The notes under the pieces: model-generated
Database searches by the model: none
Seen by the model: the letters and a program-made list of their open reading frames with translations, nothing else
Told to the model about the DNA's origin: nothing
In this document: piece after piece, positions 42,028 to 55,095 of the stretch
How the letters are laid out: each line of letters opens with the position of its first letter
Numbering within the stretch: position 1 is the stretch's first letter
Translations under genes and position numbers: made by a program
Origin: Octopus vulgaris
Lineage: Eukaryota
Assembly (NCBI GenBank): GCA_951406725.2
Contig: OX597817.1
Location: 176,080,001 to 176,144,000, forward strand
Direction of reading: 5' to 3'
DNA: 64,000 nucleotides

Positions 42028-44073
42028 AACACACAATTACATCCGTACACAAGTATATGTATTCAATGGTGGATACACCTTAATTATGGTACATAGATGG
42101 TTATTTTAGCTGAGCTTCCACACAGTTTTCACCTACCAAATTCACTCACAAGGCACTGGTCTGCCCGAGGCTACGTTAGAAGACACTTGCCCAAGGTGCA
42201 GCCCAGTGGAACTGAACCTGAAACCATATGTCTGCAAAGCGAGCTTAATTTTCAAACAACCATGCTTATATCTTGCACAACCGTTTTCTTTCTTTCTTTT
42301 ATTTTTATTTTGTATTTTATGGGAGGGTGATTTGCCTGGAATATAGTAGTAATCTGTTTGAACTATGCAATATTGTATATGATAATCTGAAATCAAACTA
42401 CTCAAGTGCAAAAGTGAAACATGGTTTATCCAACGTGAGGCCCTTCTGTTGCATCACAGTTGGGTTTATGATTTCCTAAAATATGGCGACACGCATGCAC
42501 TATTCTTAAGAGTGGGGGTTGCGTTCGTGGTCGCCTCACCCCACTGTACAAAATTGGGAAAAGGCAGCGAACTGACAGAAACGTAAGCAGCATTTCGTCC
42601 CTCTTTACGTTCTGAGTTCAAATTCCACCGCAGTGGACTTTGCCTTTCATCCTCTTGGAGTCTAAAAGAAGAAGCACCAGCCAATCACTAGGGTTGACGT
42701 AATTGACTTCCCCTTCTCATCCAAAATCTAGTGACCCTGTATCAAAATTTGAAACAATTATTTTTAGAATTTTTCTTGATAACTTACTTGATTAAATCCT
42801 ACAGCCTCTCCTGATCATTTAATCTTGAAAGGAGGTTGTTAAGTATAATATTTTTTTAAAAAATTGGCATTCCATCGCTTACGACGACGAAGTTTCCAGC
42901 TGATCCGATCAACACAACAACTTGCTCGTGAAATTAACGTGCAAGAAGTTGAGCACTCTACAGACATACTAAAATGTTATATATAGTATAACACACACGC
43001 GCGGGCAGGCACACACACACACACACACACACACAATATATATATCATTATTTCTAATTCTCTCTAAAGGAGACTACGGCAGCGATACTAGATATTAATA
43101 GTTATCACCAAACTAACATGGCAGTCCATGAAAATAGGACGAATGCTGCCGTTGATTAGCTCCAAGAGGCCATCGCCTCTAGCTAGCTAGGTGACACACA
43201 GACCTGTGTCGGGAACCATGTAGTTGGTAAGCAAGCTACTTACCACACAGCAACTCCTGCGCCTATATTGTTTAAGGAATCAAGAAAACTGAACCTGAAA
43301 ACTGTTAGAGAACTTGGTAAACGTTTTGGACGCTTTTTTTAACCTTTAACAATGAAGTGAATGAAGCGAACTTATGTTAAAATTTCCAAATAATTGTTTT
43401 GTAAAACTACATAAAACTAAGGAAACTGAAAAAGTATAGCAATAAAGATTAGTACGTAAAAGAAAGAAAAAAAAAACAAGAGAGGGAGAGGGAACGATAA
43501 AGTTCAAAGTGAAATTGCAGCTGCAAGAACTGAAAATGTCCAACGCAGGAAACGGCCATTGTTGCAAAAATAAGAAACGAAAAAGAATATGAACGGGAGA
43601 GTAAGAGAGAAAATGACTACTTAAGAAACTATTTGGAATGACTTAGTGCATCACAAGAAGAAGTGGTGAAAAGGAAGAGAATAAATAAAAGAGAGAGAGA
43701 GAGACTTGCTCATAGAAGAAATTCAACACAAAAAGAAATATAAGAAAGGAAGAAGGATAAAAGAAAGATTTGCAGAAAGAACAGACCATTTATCCCCAGG
43801 AAAAAAAAAATAGAGGAAATGAGAATATATAAAATTAGCGTCGCAGCAAGAAGGAACAAATTTATCGCAAGATGAAATCAAAGGAAAGAGATGGATTGAA
43901 GGTGGGAGCATTGCAGACAGAAAAGATAATGAAAGTGTTCAAGCAGCTCGAATACTGAAAATATGAGACAATTAAAGGCAAGTTTCATATCTTTTACCGT
44001 GACCAACCTAACATATAATGAAACCAAGATTCAGCCTCAAAACTGTGACGTAAAGAATGATATCTGTTAGCTA

Positions 44074-44306
44074 AAGGCGGCGAGCTGGCAAAATCGTTAG
44101 CAGGCCGGGCGAAATGCTTAGCGGTATTTCGTCTGCCGCTACGTTCTGAGTTCAAGTTCCGCCAAGGTCGACTTTGCTTTTCATCCTTTCGGAGTCGATT
44201 AAATAAGTACCAGTTACGCACTGGGGTCGATACAATCGACTTAATCCGTTTGTCTGTCCTTGTGTGTCCTCTCTGTGTTTAGCCCCTTGTGAGTAGTAAA
44301 GAAACA
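44074..44306 (+). mobile_element. SINE family A, full length
   Basis: Matches 12450-12682. Confidence 0.9.
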
Positions 44307-46524
44307 GGTATCTGTCAGCTGTGCACATCATCAAAATATTTACATATTTACCTAAAGAACAACTCCAACATAGAAGGGAATAAAAGGGCACCGAAATCTG
44401 CATTCAGGTGTTCCCGATTGAAAAAATGGAAGGCAGAAAATAGAAGAGAGGTTGAGAGACAGAGAATTACGACTCGCAGGAAAAGTTAGAAGCTAAAATG
44501 AAGCAAGTAATGATACGTGAGGAATATAGTTGTGGAAAAATGGAAATTGTATGTCAGTTTTGTGATTCATCAAACTCCCAAAATTAAGAAATTTCACAAC
44601 TGTTGCCATAAGGATAAAGTTTTGTTACAGCATCAGCGCGATGAATATTTTAATAATTGGCGGAGTTAAGGCAGCGGGCCGACAAAATACTTAACAGCAT
44701 TTCATCCGTCTTTAAGTTCCGAGTTCAAATTCCGCCGAGGTCGACTTAAGCTTTCATCATTTCGGGGTTGATGAAATAAGTATTAGTTGAACACTGGAGT
44801 CAATGTAATCAACTTAACCCCTCCATCAGACCTGCTGGCCTTGTGTCAAAATTTGAAGCTGGTTTTTTTTTCAGGAGAGGCAGCGAACTAGCAGAATCGT
44901 TAGCACACCGAGCAAAATGCTTAGCAGCATTTCGTTCGTCTTTACATTCTGAGTTCAAATTTCGCTGAGGTCGACTTTGCCTTTCATCCTTTCGAGGTCG
45001 ATCAACTAAGTACCAGCTGAGTACTGGGGTCGATGTAATCGGCGTACCTCACACCCCACACCGAAATTGCTGGCCTTGTACCAAAATTTGAAACTAATAT
45101 TTGGAAGAGTTAATGAGCTATACAGAACTTATACATTAAAACTTCAAAGTCAACCTATCTTACAATTCAGTTCTTTCCTTTGTATCCATGCGTGCACAGT
45201 TTACTGACTCAACTGGACATGGTCCTTGTTTCAGAGTTCATGGTCAAATCCATCACTGCATGACTAACTGCACCCAAATGATAATGAGCAGTGACTTTTG
45301 GCACAACTCTACGTTGTAGAATATAGAGAAGTAAATGACACTTGAACTTAGAGAGAAACAACTACAATTCTGGAATGGTAGAAGTGAATTACAGTGGGGA
45401 TCATGGGATTGAAACTCATCTACAATTTCTATCTATCTCCTTATTATCATCAAAAGATCTAATGCAGCTAGTATACTGCATTTATTAAGAATTAAATCCA
45501 CTAGGAGTTGACAGCTTAGATCTATTTAGATCTAGCTGCTGGTCATAAATTAAATATTGTTTGATATTCTTCCAAACCTTAATTCCCTACGGCTATAAAT
45601 TCCCTTGATCACATAAAGAAACAAATCTCAGAAGGAGTCATGTAGATAATGGTAAATGCCCAGAAAAAGAGGCTGGTAGGGGTAACATAAAATCTTTTAT
45701 TATTATCAGTTACAATAGAAAGCATAGGATGCTACAATGAGATCTAGATGGGTATTAAGGTCACAGACGGGAAAAAGATATAATCAAAATATAGCAAAAT
45801 TTGTGTATTATTATATTTTGTATAATAAAAGTAAAAATTTAAAATTTAGAAAGGGATATAAGAACCAGGTAAGATAAGAAAGATATATAAGACCAATTTA
45901 AGCACTAAAAAGAGATTACTTTTATATAAAAGCCTCAAAATACTTCATCCTAGCAGAAATTTTACATGGTCATCATAAAACCAGTCAAACAATGAACCCA
46001 ACTTACATTCAGAATTTACCTGGGAAAGAGGAACGCATTTTCTATTGATTGAAAACAAGGGATCAAAGGCAAGAAAAGAAAAAAATGAGATAATTGGTTC
46101 TGTAACATAAACTTATTTAAAAATAGAAGTATACAAAAGATTTTAACAACTATGGAAAGTCTTAAAGGATGTAATGATATAAGGAGATATAACAGTATAA
46201 ACATATGGCATACACATATATATGTACGAAAAAGACATTTATATATATATTATATATATATATATAATTTATATATATATATATATATATATATAGATAA
46301 GAAAGTTGGTTTGTGAAAGCACGTGGGTGAATATATAAAAAATAGTAAAGAGTGAAAAAACGACAGAAGGCTTAAATGTTAAAAAATATATATATTTGCG
46401 TCAATATGTCTGAAGAATATTAGAAAATTAAAAAAAAAATTTTTTTTTCCTTTATTATGACATAATTTTTAAAGAAAGACCGGTTTCGCATTTAGCTTTT
46501 CAAATTTCTTGTGATATATATATA

Positions 46525-46682
46525 CTTTATTTAAAGCAGCAGAAAATTCAACAAAACCTTTTACTCTGAGTTTTCCGTTGCCGTTCATCGGACAGTTTTT
46601 GCTAGAAAAAACTGGCCGACGAACGGCAACGGGAAACTCAGAGTAACATGTTTTGTTGAATTTTCTGCTGCTTTAAATAAAG
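46525..46682. repeat. Near-perfect 158-bp palindrome with hammerhead-like arms
   Basis: Centred on ctag (46602-46605). Each arm has ccga(t/c)gaacggcaacgg(g/a)aaactcagag. The right arm continues into a repeat also seen at about 11345-11430. Confidence 0.85.
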
Positions 46683-46751
46683 CATATTACTCTACCACTG
46701 GTATTTGAGTACTCTTTTTTCCACCTTGTTTCACATTTATGTGTTTACTCC

Positions 46752-46806
<55 letters not shown>

Positions 46807-46903
46807 GTTAATCCAAACATGAACAAAGAGAAAACGCAACAGCGCGAGGACGTGGGACAAGTATAGTTTTCTTGGACGCTCAGGAAAGGAAAGAAAGAAG
46901 GGG

Positions 46904-46938
46904 ATTTAACGTTTCGAGCGGAGCTCTTCGTCAGAAAT
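46904..46938 (-). ncRNA. Minimal hammerhead ribozyme motif (Penelope pLTR type)
   Basis: ATTT-CTGACGA-A-GAGC-TCC-GCTC-GAAA-CG-TT-AAAT: intact CUGANGA and GAAA, 4-bp stem II, palindromic AACGTT stem III. Confidence 0.6.
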
Positions 46939-47458
46939 ATAGAAAAAAAAGGAAAAGTCCAAGGAAGGGAAGACGGAGAAAGAAAATCGCCAACGATACA
47001 CATGCGGTCACACATTGAAACGACCGGAAGGGAATGGGTGAAGAAATAGTTCTTTCAAAGACAGGAGAATGCAAGAGAAGAGAAGGAGGTATGCGTGTGT
47101 ATGTGTGGGTATGTGCGTGCGCACAGGTCTCCGTATGTGTGAGTGTGTGTAATGATAGCACGTGTGTGTGTTTGGTTAGGTTTAGTATCGTTTAAGGTCA
47201 TAGGAAGAATTTATAGTAAGAATTTTGGTAGGAGTGGCTGCGTGTTGTGTGTCTACCAACACATCTGCATAGGAGAATGATCAGTAGAAGGCACTGGTAG
47301 TTTGAAGTATGTGTGTGTGCGTGTATGTATATGTAGTGTGTGTGTGTGTTTTGTTTGCAGTATGTATATGGAATAATTGTACTTTACTCTGTGTATGTAT
47401 AAGTGTGTGCTGTGTGTGTGTGTGTGTGTGTGTATATATACACGTGTGTGCATTTATG

Positions 47459-47498
<40 letters not shown>

Positions 47499-47773
47499 AA
47501 ACATTCTTCATTTTTTTCCGTCCTTGTTTTCGTATACATTCGCTGCTTTCTTCCGAGGAATCTAATGCTCCTAGTTTAGTTTTTCCTTGGGGCTGACCAG
47601 ATTAGAGCAATCTCGAGTATAACCAGCCGAAATTGTAAAGATACTCTGGAATTCGGCTGAGGAAAGAAAACTCCGAATGACCCGTCCTTGTTTACTTCGT
47701 GTCGTCTATCTGGATGGTTTTTTGTCCCTTTTTTGTATCAGCTAACTGTTGCGTTCTTGTCCCATTCTGTATC

Positions 47774-47824
<51 letters not shown>

Positions 47825-48262
47825 TGTGTGTGTGTGTGTGTATAATATATATTATCATTATAAAGTGTAATTATAAGTAACTGAGAAAAATACTAATTTA
47901 AGCACTATATTGCACTATATTTTATCATGCTTACCTGTGGAGAGAAGTTGTAATATACTCTGCAAATCATAGAATGTTATACCAGTATATGCGAAGGTAA
48001 ATAGGAAAAACAAATAAAGATAGAAATCAAATTAAAAACAAAAAATATAAAATCAAACAATAATAAGTAAATAAATAATAAGGATAGGTCGAGGTATTCC
48101 TAACAAAATATATCAAGATGTAAATAAATTAAGATGGGATATTATTGGAAGCAGTTTTATGTAGAATTATAATATTACAGGCACTGTTGTATGTAGAATT
48201 ATATAGTTCATAGGAAGTGTAAGATTTATCCAAGGGAGGCTTGGATAAACCTTTTTCTTTTG

Positions 48263-48616
48263 TTACGGATAAGTAAACACACCAACATCTGTTGCCAAGC
48301 AATGGTAGCTAGACAAACACGGACACACAAACATACAGGCGTAGGAGTGGCTATAGGCACAAGAGTGGCTGCGTGGTAAGTAGCTACTTACCACGCAGCC
48401 ACTCCTACGCCTGTATGTTTGTGTGTCTGTGTTTGTCCCCCAAGCATTGCTTGGCAACAAATGCTGGTGTGTTCACATACCCGTAACTTAGCGGATCGGC
48501 AAAACGAACCGAAAGAATAAGTCCTAGGCTTGCAAAAAATAAGTGCTGTGGTCGATTTATTCCACTAAAGGCGGTGCTCCAGCATGGCCGCAGTCAAATG
48601 ACTGTAACAATTAAAA

Positions 48617-48620
<4 letters not shown>
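48263..48620. mobile_element. Fold-back rearranged SINE family B
   Basis: A perfect palindrome, gagtggctgcgtggtaagtagctacttaccacgcagccactc, is flanked by inverted SINE body sequence. Confidence 0.8.
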
Positions 48621-48691
<71 letters not shown>

Positions 48692-48781
48692 TATACCTTA
48701 TCATACGCATTTAGGGAACTTAATAGTCAAGTGTGCATATAAACATAATAGGAAATGAACACTTTCAAATTATAATAATGT

Positions 48782-49000
48782 TTATTTCTTTATTGCCCAC
48801 AGAGGGATAAACACAGAGGAGACAAACAAGGACAAAGAGATTAAGTCGATTACATCTACCCCAGTCCGTAACTGGTACTTAATTTATCGACCCCAAAAGG
48901 ATCAAAGGCAAAGTCGATCTCGGCGGAATTTGAACTCAGAACGTAACGGCAGACGAAATACCGCTAAGCATTTTGCCCGCGGGCTAACGATTCTGCCAGC
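48782..49000 (-). mobile_element. SINE family A copy
   Basis: Reverse match to 12450-12682. Confidence 0.88.
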
Positions 49001-49664
49001 AATTCAAGGTAATACATACCACAGCCAAGCAAAATTTCAAGTTAATTGTATGTGATGAAAAGCTTTCCAGTAGAGAGCCGCGCATTCTTTTCTCTATGTT
49101 GAGGCAAGTAACTTGAACTATATACGTTCGCAGCAACGTATTAGCCGAGCTATATAAACAACTGATTCTCTTACCATTTAGCTCATATTGCCAACAAAGC
49201 TAGTTTACAAGTCTAAGGAATAGTTTATTTCTGAGGTCTTCCATAGACCACGAGAGAGAAGTGCCGTGATATCATGGCCATAGTAACAACAAATGGAAAT
49301 GCTGATTTATTAATTAGTAAGACTGCTAATCTAAAATGGACAGAAATATAGAATAATCTATTTGTAACAGACATCAGACAACCAAAGTGTTAAATATGAA
49401 GCTGAGTATGAATGATATTTATATCTTTTACTTGTTTCAGTCACTAGACTGCGACAATTCTGGGGCACCGCCTTGGAGGTTTTAATCAAACAAATCGACC
49501 ACTGTACATGTATTCAATTGTGGTACTTATTCTGTCTTTCACATTTATTGAACCTCTACGTTGCGGTGACGCAAGCAAACCAACGCCGGTTGTCGAGCGG
49601 TGACAGGTGACAAGTACAAACACAAAGACATATACTTACACACATACACACATACACAAACACA

Positions 49665-49704
<40 letters not shown>

Positions 49705-51650
49705 ATAGACTGCTGTAGTTTTCATCTAGCAAACTCGTTCACAAGGCATTGGTCAGCCCTGCGCTATAGTAGAAGATACTTTCCCAAGATGCGTGCATTG
49801 GGACTGAAGCCGATGCAACGTGGCTGCAAAGCGAACATTTTATTCACGCAGCCTTGCCTTCACGTAATTCTTAAAAACTGAATATTTGGTAAACTTGTGT
49901 CACTTTGTTTATTCGATAGAATTTTAAAAACGTAACCTTCCTCATGCTCATATTTGAATCATCTTAGAACGAGATGCTAAGATTGACCCAAATGATATTG
50001 ATAAAATAGTTTGCCCAGAAATACCTGGTCCTAAAACATAACCTATACAATAATTCTAAAATGTTTCATAAATGGACAATGAGGGTGATAATCCAAATGC
50101 CCTATGTATGGACAATGGAAGTTGTATAAATAAACTTAATCCAAAGGAATATAAGGAGAAAACAATTGCTAATGTAGTTGTTTACCCAATATATAGACAA
50201 TGCAAAGAATATCATTTCTAATACCCACACTTCTGGTTCAAAGAAGAAATGTAGGTAAAAGTAGCAGCCTCTGATGGAATTTATGCAGAATGATTATTTT
50301 TCTGGTAAAAATGTATTTTTGCTTGGAGGTGACTTTCTACAAGAAGCTAGCGCCCAATTTCAAAATAGACAGAAATTCCTCACATTACAATACGCATAAA
50401 ATGTGTAGGACTTATCTGTGGACCCACGATCACATACTTTTCATACATTGATAATAGTTTTTGATATGCGTTAAAGAGCAAAGAATTTAGTGGAATAATG
50501 GTTAGTCGACACCATCGACCCAAGTACTTGAATAGTACTTTATTTTATCACCTTTAGTACTTTTTTAGTACTAGTTAATGGCATAGTATAAGCACAGGCA
50601 TGTTAGATAACCCGAATTTCAGTAGACCATATTCAAGAAAAAAAAGTTTTGAATGCATTGAAGCATGCATTATAGGCCTAGCTTCACATATAGGACCCGG
50701 GGGGATTTTCTGAAACATTTCTTTGGAGAAAAACGCATCATATCTGCCATCAAAGTGTGGTTTTTATGCTGTCAAAATAAGGTACTTAGTTTTATTGACT
50801 ATGGAAGGACGAAATGCAGTTGCCTTAGCAGGAATTAAACTCAGCACGCAAAAAGCAAAAGAGATACCGCGATGTATTTGTTCCGAAACGCTAACAATTC
50901 TGCTAGTTCGCCGTCGTCGATGCCGTTAGTAATGATTACCAATGATGTTGGTTTCAAAATTTGGAACAAGGCCAGCAATTTTGGTAAGTGGGTAAGTCAC
51001 ATCGATCCCAGTGCTTGACTGGTACTTATTTTATCAACTCCGAAAGAATGAAATGCAAAGTCGACCAGGGCGGTATTTGAATTCAAAATGTAAAGACGTA
51101 TGAAATATCACTAAGCATTTTGCTTAACATGCTAACAATTCTGCCTGCTCGCCCTTTTATGATTACCAATAGCAGTACATCCAATATATATGGTGGTTAA
51201 ATCAACTTCAGTAATGAATAATCATTGTTGATTTATCCATAAGAATTACACTCACTACGAAAAATAAGGATACATCGAACCTCATTCTGTAGCTCATACC
51301 TAACAAACGAATATATAAGTAATGATACTACTATTGATCATAAGGATGGGACGGCTCTTAATTTTCCTTCTGGAGTTTTTAAATCAACAAGCTCCATCTG
51401 GAATGCAACCTCATATTTTGAAAGTGAAATTTGACTGTATTATAATGTTGGTATGTAACCTCAATTCATGAGAAGTTTCACTAAATAACATACGAATAAT
51501 CGTGGGAAAATCTCACAGTTACTTTCATCATGCAGAAATATTAAATGGTAGCAATAAAGGAGGAGAAAGTGCTTTAATTCCAGGCATCAATTCAGCACGT
51601 AGCAACATTACTTTTCCAGCTTAATTGTGGCCATTTACTATTGGTAGTAG

Positions 51651-52215
51651 TGGAGGCACATGGCCTAGTGGTTAGAGCAGCAGACTCTCGGTCGAGGGAT
51701 CATGGGTTCGAATCTCAGACCGGGCAATGTGTGTGTGTTTATGAGCGAAGCACCTAAGTTCCACGCGGCTCCGACAGAAGGTAATTGCGAACTTCTGCTG
51801 ACCCTTTCGCCACAACTTTCACTCTTTCCTTCTGCATCTTGCAGCTCACTTGCGACGGACGGGCGTCTCGTCCAGGTGAGGAACCTATACACCAAGGAAA
51901 CCGGGAAATAGGCCCTTATGAGCCAGGCATGACTCAAGAAGGAACAAATAACTATTGGTAGTGGAGACGCGTGGCTTAGCGGTTAGGGTGTTGGATTCAT
52001 GATTGTAGCATTGTGGTTTCGCTTCTTGAACCGGGCGATGCGTTGTGCTCTTGAGTAAAACATTTTATTTCGCATTGCTCCAGTCTACTCAGCTGACAAA
52101 ATGAGTAATCCTGCGACGAACCGACGTCTCGTCCAGGTAGAGAATTTATACACCATGGTAACCAGGAAACCGGCACTTATGAGTCGGCATAACTCGAGCA
52201 GGTAACTTTTACTTT
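51651..52215 (+). mobile_element. Two tandem tRNA-headed SINEs (family C, and a CORE/V-like hybrid)
   Basis: Heads at 51651 and 51962. The flank motif ac(t/c)attggta occurs before, between and after them. Confidence 0.8.
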
Positions 52216-52954
52216 ACCTTTAGTTACCATTGGTACCAGTGATCGTCTTTACAATAAATAAATATTGATTTTTGGTTTGCCAGAATTTGTATATGAAACA
52301 AAGATATCTTTTGCAAGATGACTGATTTTTCGTAAAAACATAGTTATACATATTTATTTAAGTAAAATAAATGTTTAGATTTTTATGATGTAAATATTGA
52401 TTTTTTTTAATATAGTTAACAAAAGCATTAAAAATGAGCTTTTGAGATAGAATCTGTATATAAAGTATTTATTATGTAAATATTCACTTTAGAATTGTTA
52501 ACTAAATTATGAATACTATAGACTTCTGAGGTAAAAGATAGTAACTAGTTCTAAATAAATAATGATTATATCTTTTGTACAGTTATAATCATTACCGTTT
52601 TTATTGGTTTGTTGTAAAGTTATGGCACAGAAACTGATAATTTCACATTAACTCATAGATTACTGATTATATCAGTAATCTACGAGATTAAATCTGAAAT
52701 TTTGGAAACAACTTTAGTAAAACTGTAATTATATAAAGAAGTAGAAGCAAATGACTAAATTGTCAGTAAATGGACGGGGGTGGCGGAAGGATAAAATGTT
52801 GTAAACTTACATCGGAATGGAGGGGTTGGCGTTATTTGAGGATTTAACTTACAGAGGGAAAATTCTGGGATTTTCTTTTTTTAAAGTTGCCTCACTATTT
52901 TTACAATTCTTATTAAAAAGTACTATTTTTATTGATGAAATATATTTATCTGTT

Positions 52955-53168
52955 TTATTATTACCCACAAGGGGCTAAACAAGGACAGACAAACGGATTA
53001 AGTTGATTACATCGACCCCAGTGCGTAACTGGTACTTAATTTATCGACCCCGAAAGGATCAAAGGCAAAGTCGATCTCGGCGGAATTTGAACTCAGAACG
53101 TAACGGCAGACGAAATACGGCTACGCATTTCGCCCGGCGTGCTAACCACTCTGCCAGCTCGCCGCCTT
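52955..53168 (-). mobile_element. SINE family A copy
   Basis: Reverse match to 44074-44306. Confidence 0.88.
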
Positions 53169-53651
53169 TGATGAAATATATTTATCACAGATATACAAAC
53201 GAAATATTTGGTTATATTTAAACTTAAGTTTCGTTGAGGTCAACTGTGCATTTTAATTTATCGTAAAATAAATACCACTTGAGCACCGGGGTCGATGTAA
53301 TCGACTTCCCCTTCCTTTCAAAATTGTTAGCCTTGTGCCAAAATTAGAAAAAATTGTATTTTTTATTTTTCAAAATTATATTAATTTTGTTGCTTACTTC
53401 AAGCACCATGAAATTTTAAACAAGGAATATTATAATTGTAATTCTGTTGTTATATTATTTGATATTTACCAGAGGCAAAAATATATCCACAATATTAGAA
53501 CAATGCCAGGCGATGGGTAACACTCTTCTAAAACATTCTTTGTTGGTTTTTTGATCACGCTAAAAATCTCATGCCACTTAATAAGAAACTAATATATTTT
53601 ATATTTCTTATTAATAAATAGCTAAACAGTTTTATCGTTATTAATAACATT

Positions 53652-53871
53652 TGAGGAGATGTTCAAAAGTTCCTGGCTTTGGGTAGAAAAAAATCATAGG
53701 AGGATCAGTTAATTATAATTTTATTCAACATATTCCTCTCTCAGATTCACATGTCTACTGCAGTGGTCCTTCAGTTTTTCTAAGCCCTGTAAAAGAACTC
53801 GGAAAGTTGGGCTTCCAACCAGGCCTTTCGCGAAGCCCTTAAAGCTAAGGACCTTTCTGTACCCCCTTGTA
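53652..53871. mobile_element. Mariner-type MITE, second copy
   Basis: Matches 29811-29998 (aaaagttcctggcttt, agattcacac, aagccctgtaaaagaactcgga). Confidence 0.75.
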
Positions 53872-54702
53872 TATTTACTGCAGATGTGAAATGCCTTGTA
53901 TTCGATTTTACCGTAATCTAATTTTTAAAACTTTTATTTGGAAGCTAATACTTATTTCATTACACTGAAGAAGCACCATGATATGTGAAAAAATGTACAA
54001 TTATAATTATTGTATCTGCGTAACATTACCTGTTATTATCCACAAAAGCAAAGAGATATTCCTATCTTTACTTGTAATAGTATTAACAGTAATATTTCAC
54101 ATTTAAAATTTCAGTAGTTAATTATACAGCATAATAGGAAGTTAGGTGAAAAGAATGAGTGAGTCGATTGTGTAGAACCACTAAATGTAAAAAGGAAGTA
54201 TGATGTTATTGTTGCTTAGACTCAAGTCATTTCAAATGAAACATACTAATGGTTAAGAATGTTGTAAACATGATAATCCCATCATGTCTTCAGTCAATGC
54301 ATCAAGGGCGACATTATCTGACGTGTTCATCCTTCCATTTTTAAGACAATAAGATGTAATGTTAAGAAGCAGCTGCTGCTTTGTTGTTTCAACCTTAAAT
54401 AGGTGACATGTGATAAAGCTCATCAATGTCATCAACAGAACAGAGTACTTTCTCCATGTATCTTTTCATGGTTGGTAATTGTATCGTTTCCAAAATCTGC
54501 TGGACGTGAGATACGAACGATCATCGCATGCTATCTGAGATTATATAATCGTATTCCCCCCCCCTTTTTTTGCGGAATCCTCAAAATACATTCCATTTTC
54601 AGGGGAAGCCTTACATAAGAAATTATCGTATATCTTTATTTATCTTTTACTTTCTCTTTCAGAATGTTAAATAAAATTTAATGAAATTTTAAACAATCTA
54701 CG

Positions 54703-55095
54703 AACCACATGGTTCCGGGTTCAGTCCCACTGCGTGGCATCTTGGGAAAGTGTCTTCTACTATAGCCTCGGGCCAACCAAAGCCTTGTGAATGGAGTTGG
54801 TAGGCGGAAACTGAAAGATGCCCGTCGTATATATGTATATATATATGTATGTATATATATATGTGTGTGTGTGTGTGTTTGCCCCCCCCCCCCACACACA
54901 CACACACATACACATCGCTTGACAACCGATGCTGGTGTGTTTACGTCTCCGTAACTTAGCGGTTCGGCAAAAGAGAGCAATACAATAAAGAGAGCGATAC
55001 AAAGAATAAGACCTGGGGTCGATTTGCTCGACTAAAAGCGGTGCTCCAGCATGGCCACAGTCAAATGACTGAAACAAGTAAAAGAGTAAAAGAGA
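54703..55095 (+). mobile_element. SINE family B copy with (GTAAAAGA)n tail
   Basis: Matches 35607-36002. Confidence 0.88.

Larger units (their letters stand above)
44500..51630 (+). mobile_element. Fossil Helitron RepHel gene fragmented by nested insertions
   Basis: Collinear motifs: CGKMEIVCQFC..NCCHKDKV (about 44520-44620); YNSVLSF..GHGPCFRVHGQIHH..AQLYVVE (45160-45325); IEF*KRNLPHAHI (HUH)..IDKIVCPEIP..NPNALCMDNGSC (49880-50200); FLLGGDFLQ (about 50320); EFLNQQAPSGMQPHILKVK..IIMLVCNL..ALIPGI (51370-51600). Confidence 0.85.

Noticed and set aside
52647-52692. Short hairpin (tagattactgat-tat-atcagtaatcta) as the Helitron 3' terminus
   Set aside because: AT-rich and not followed by CTRR at the expected distance.
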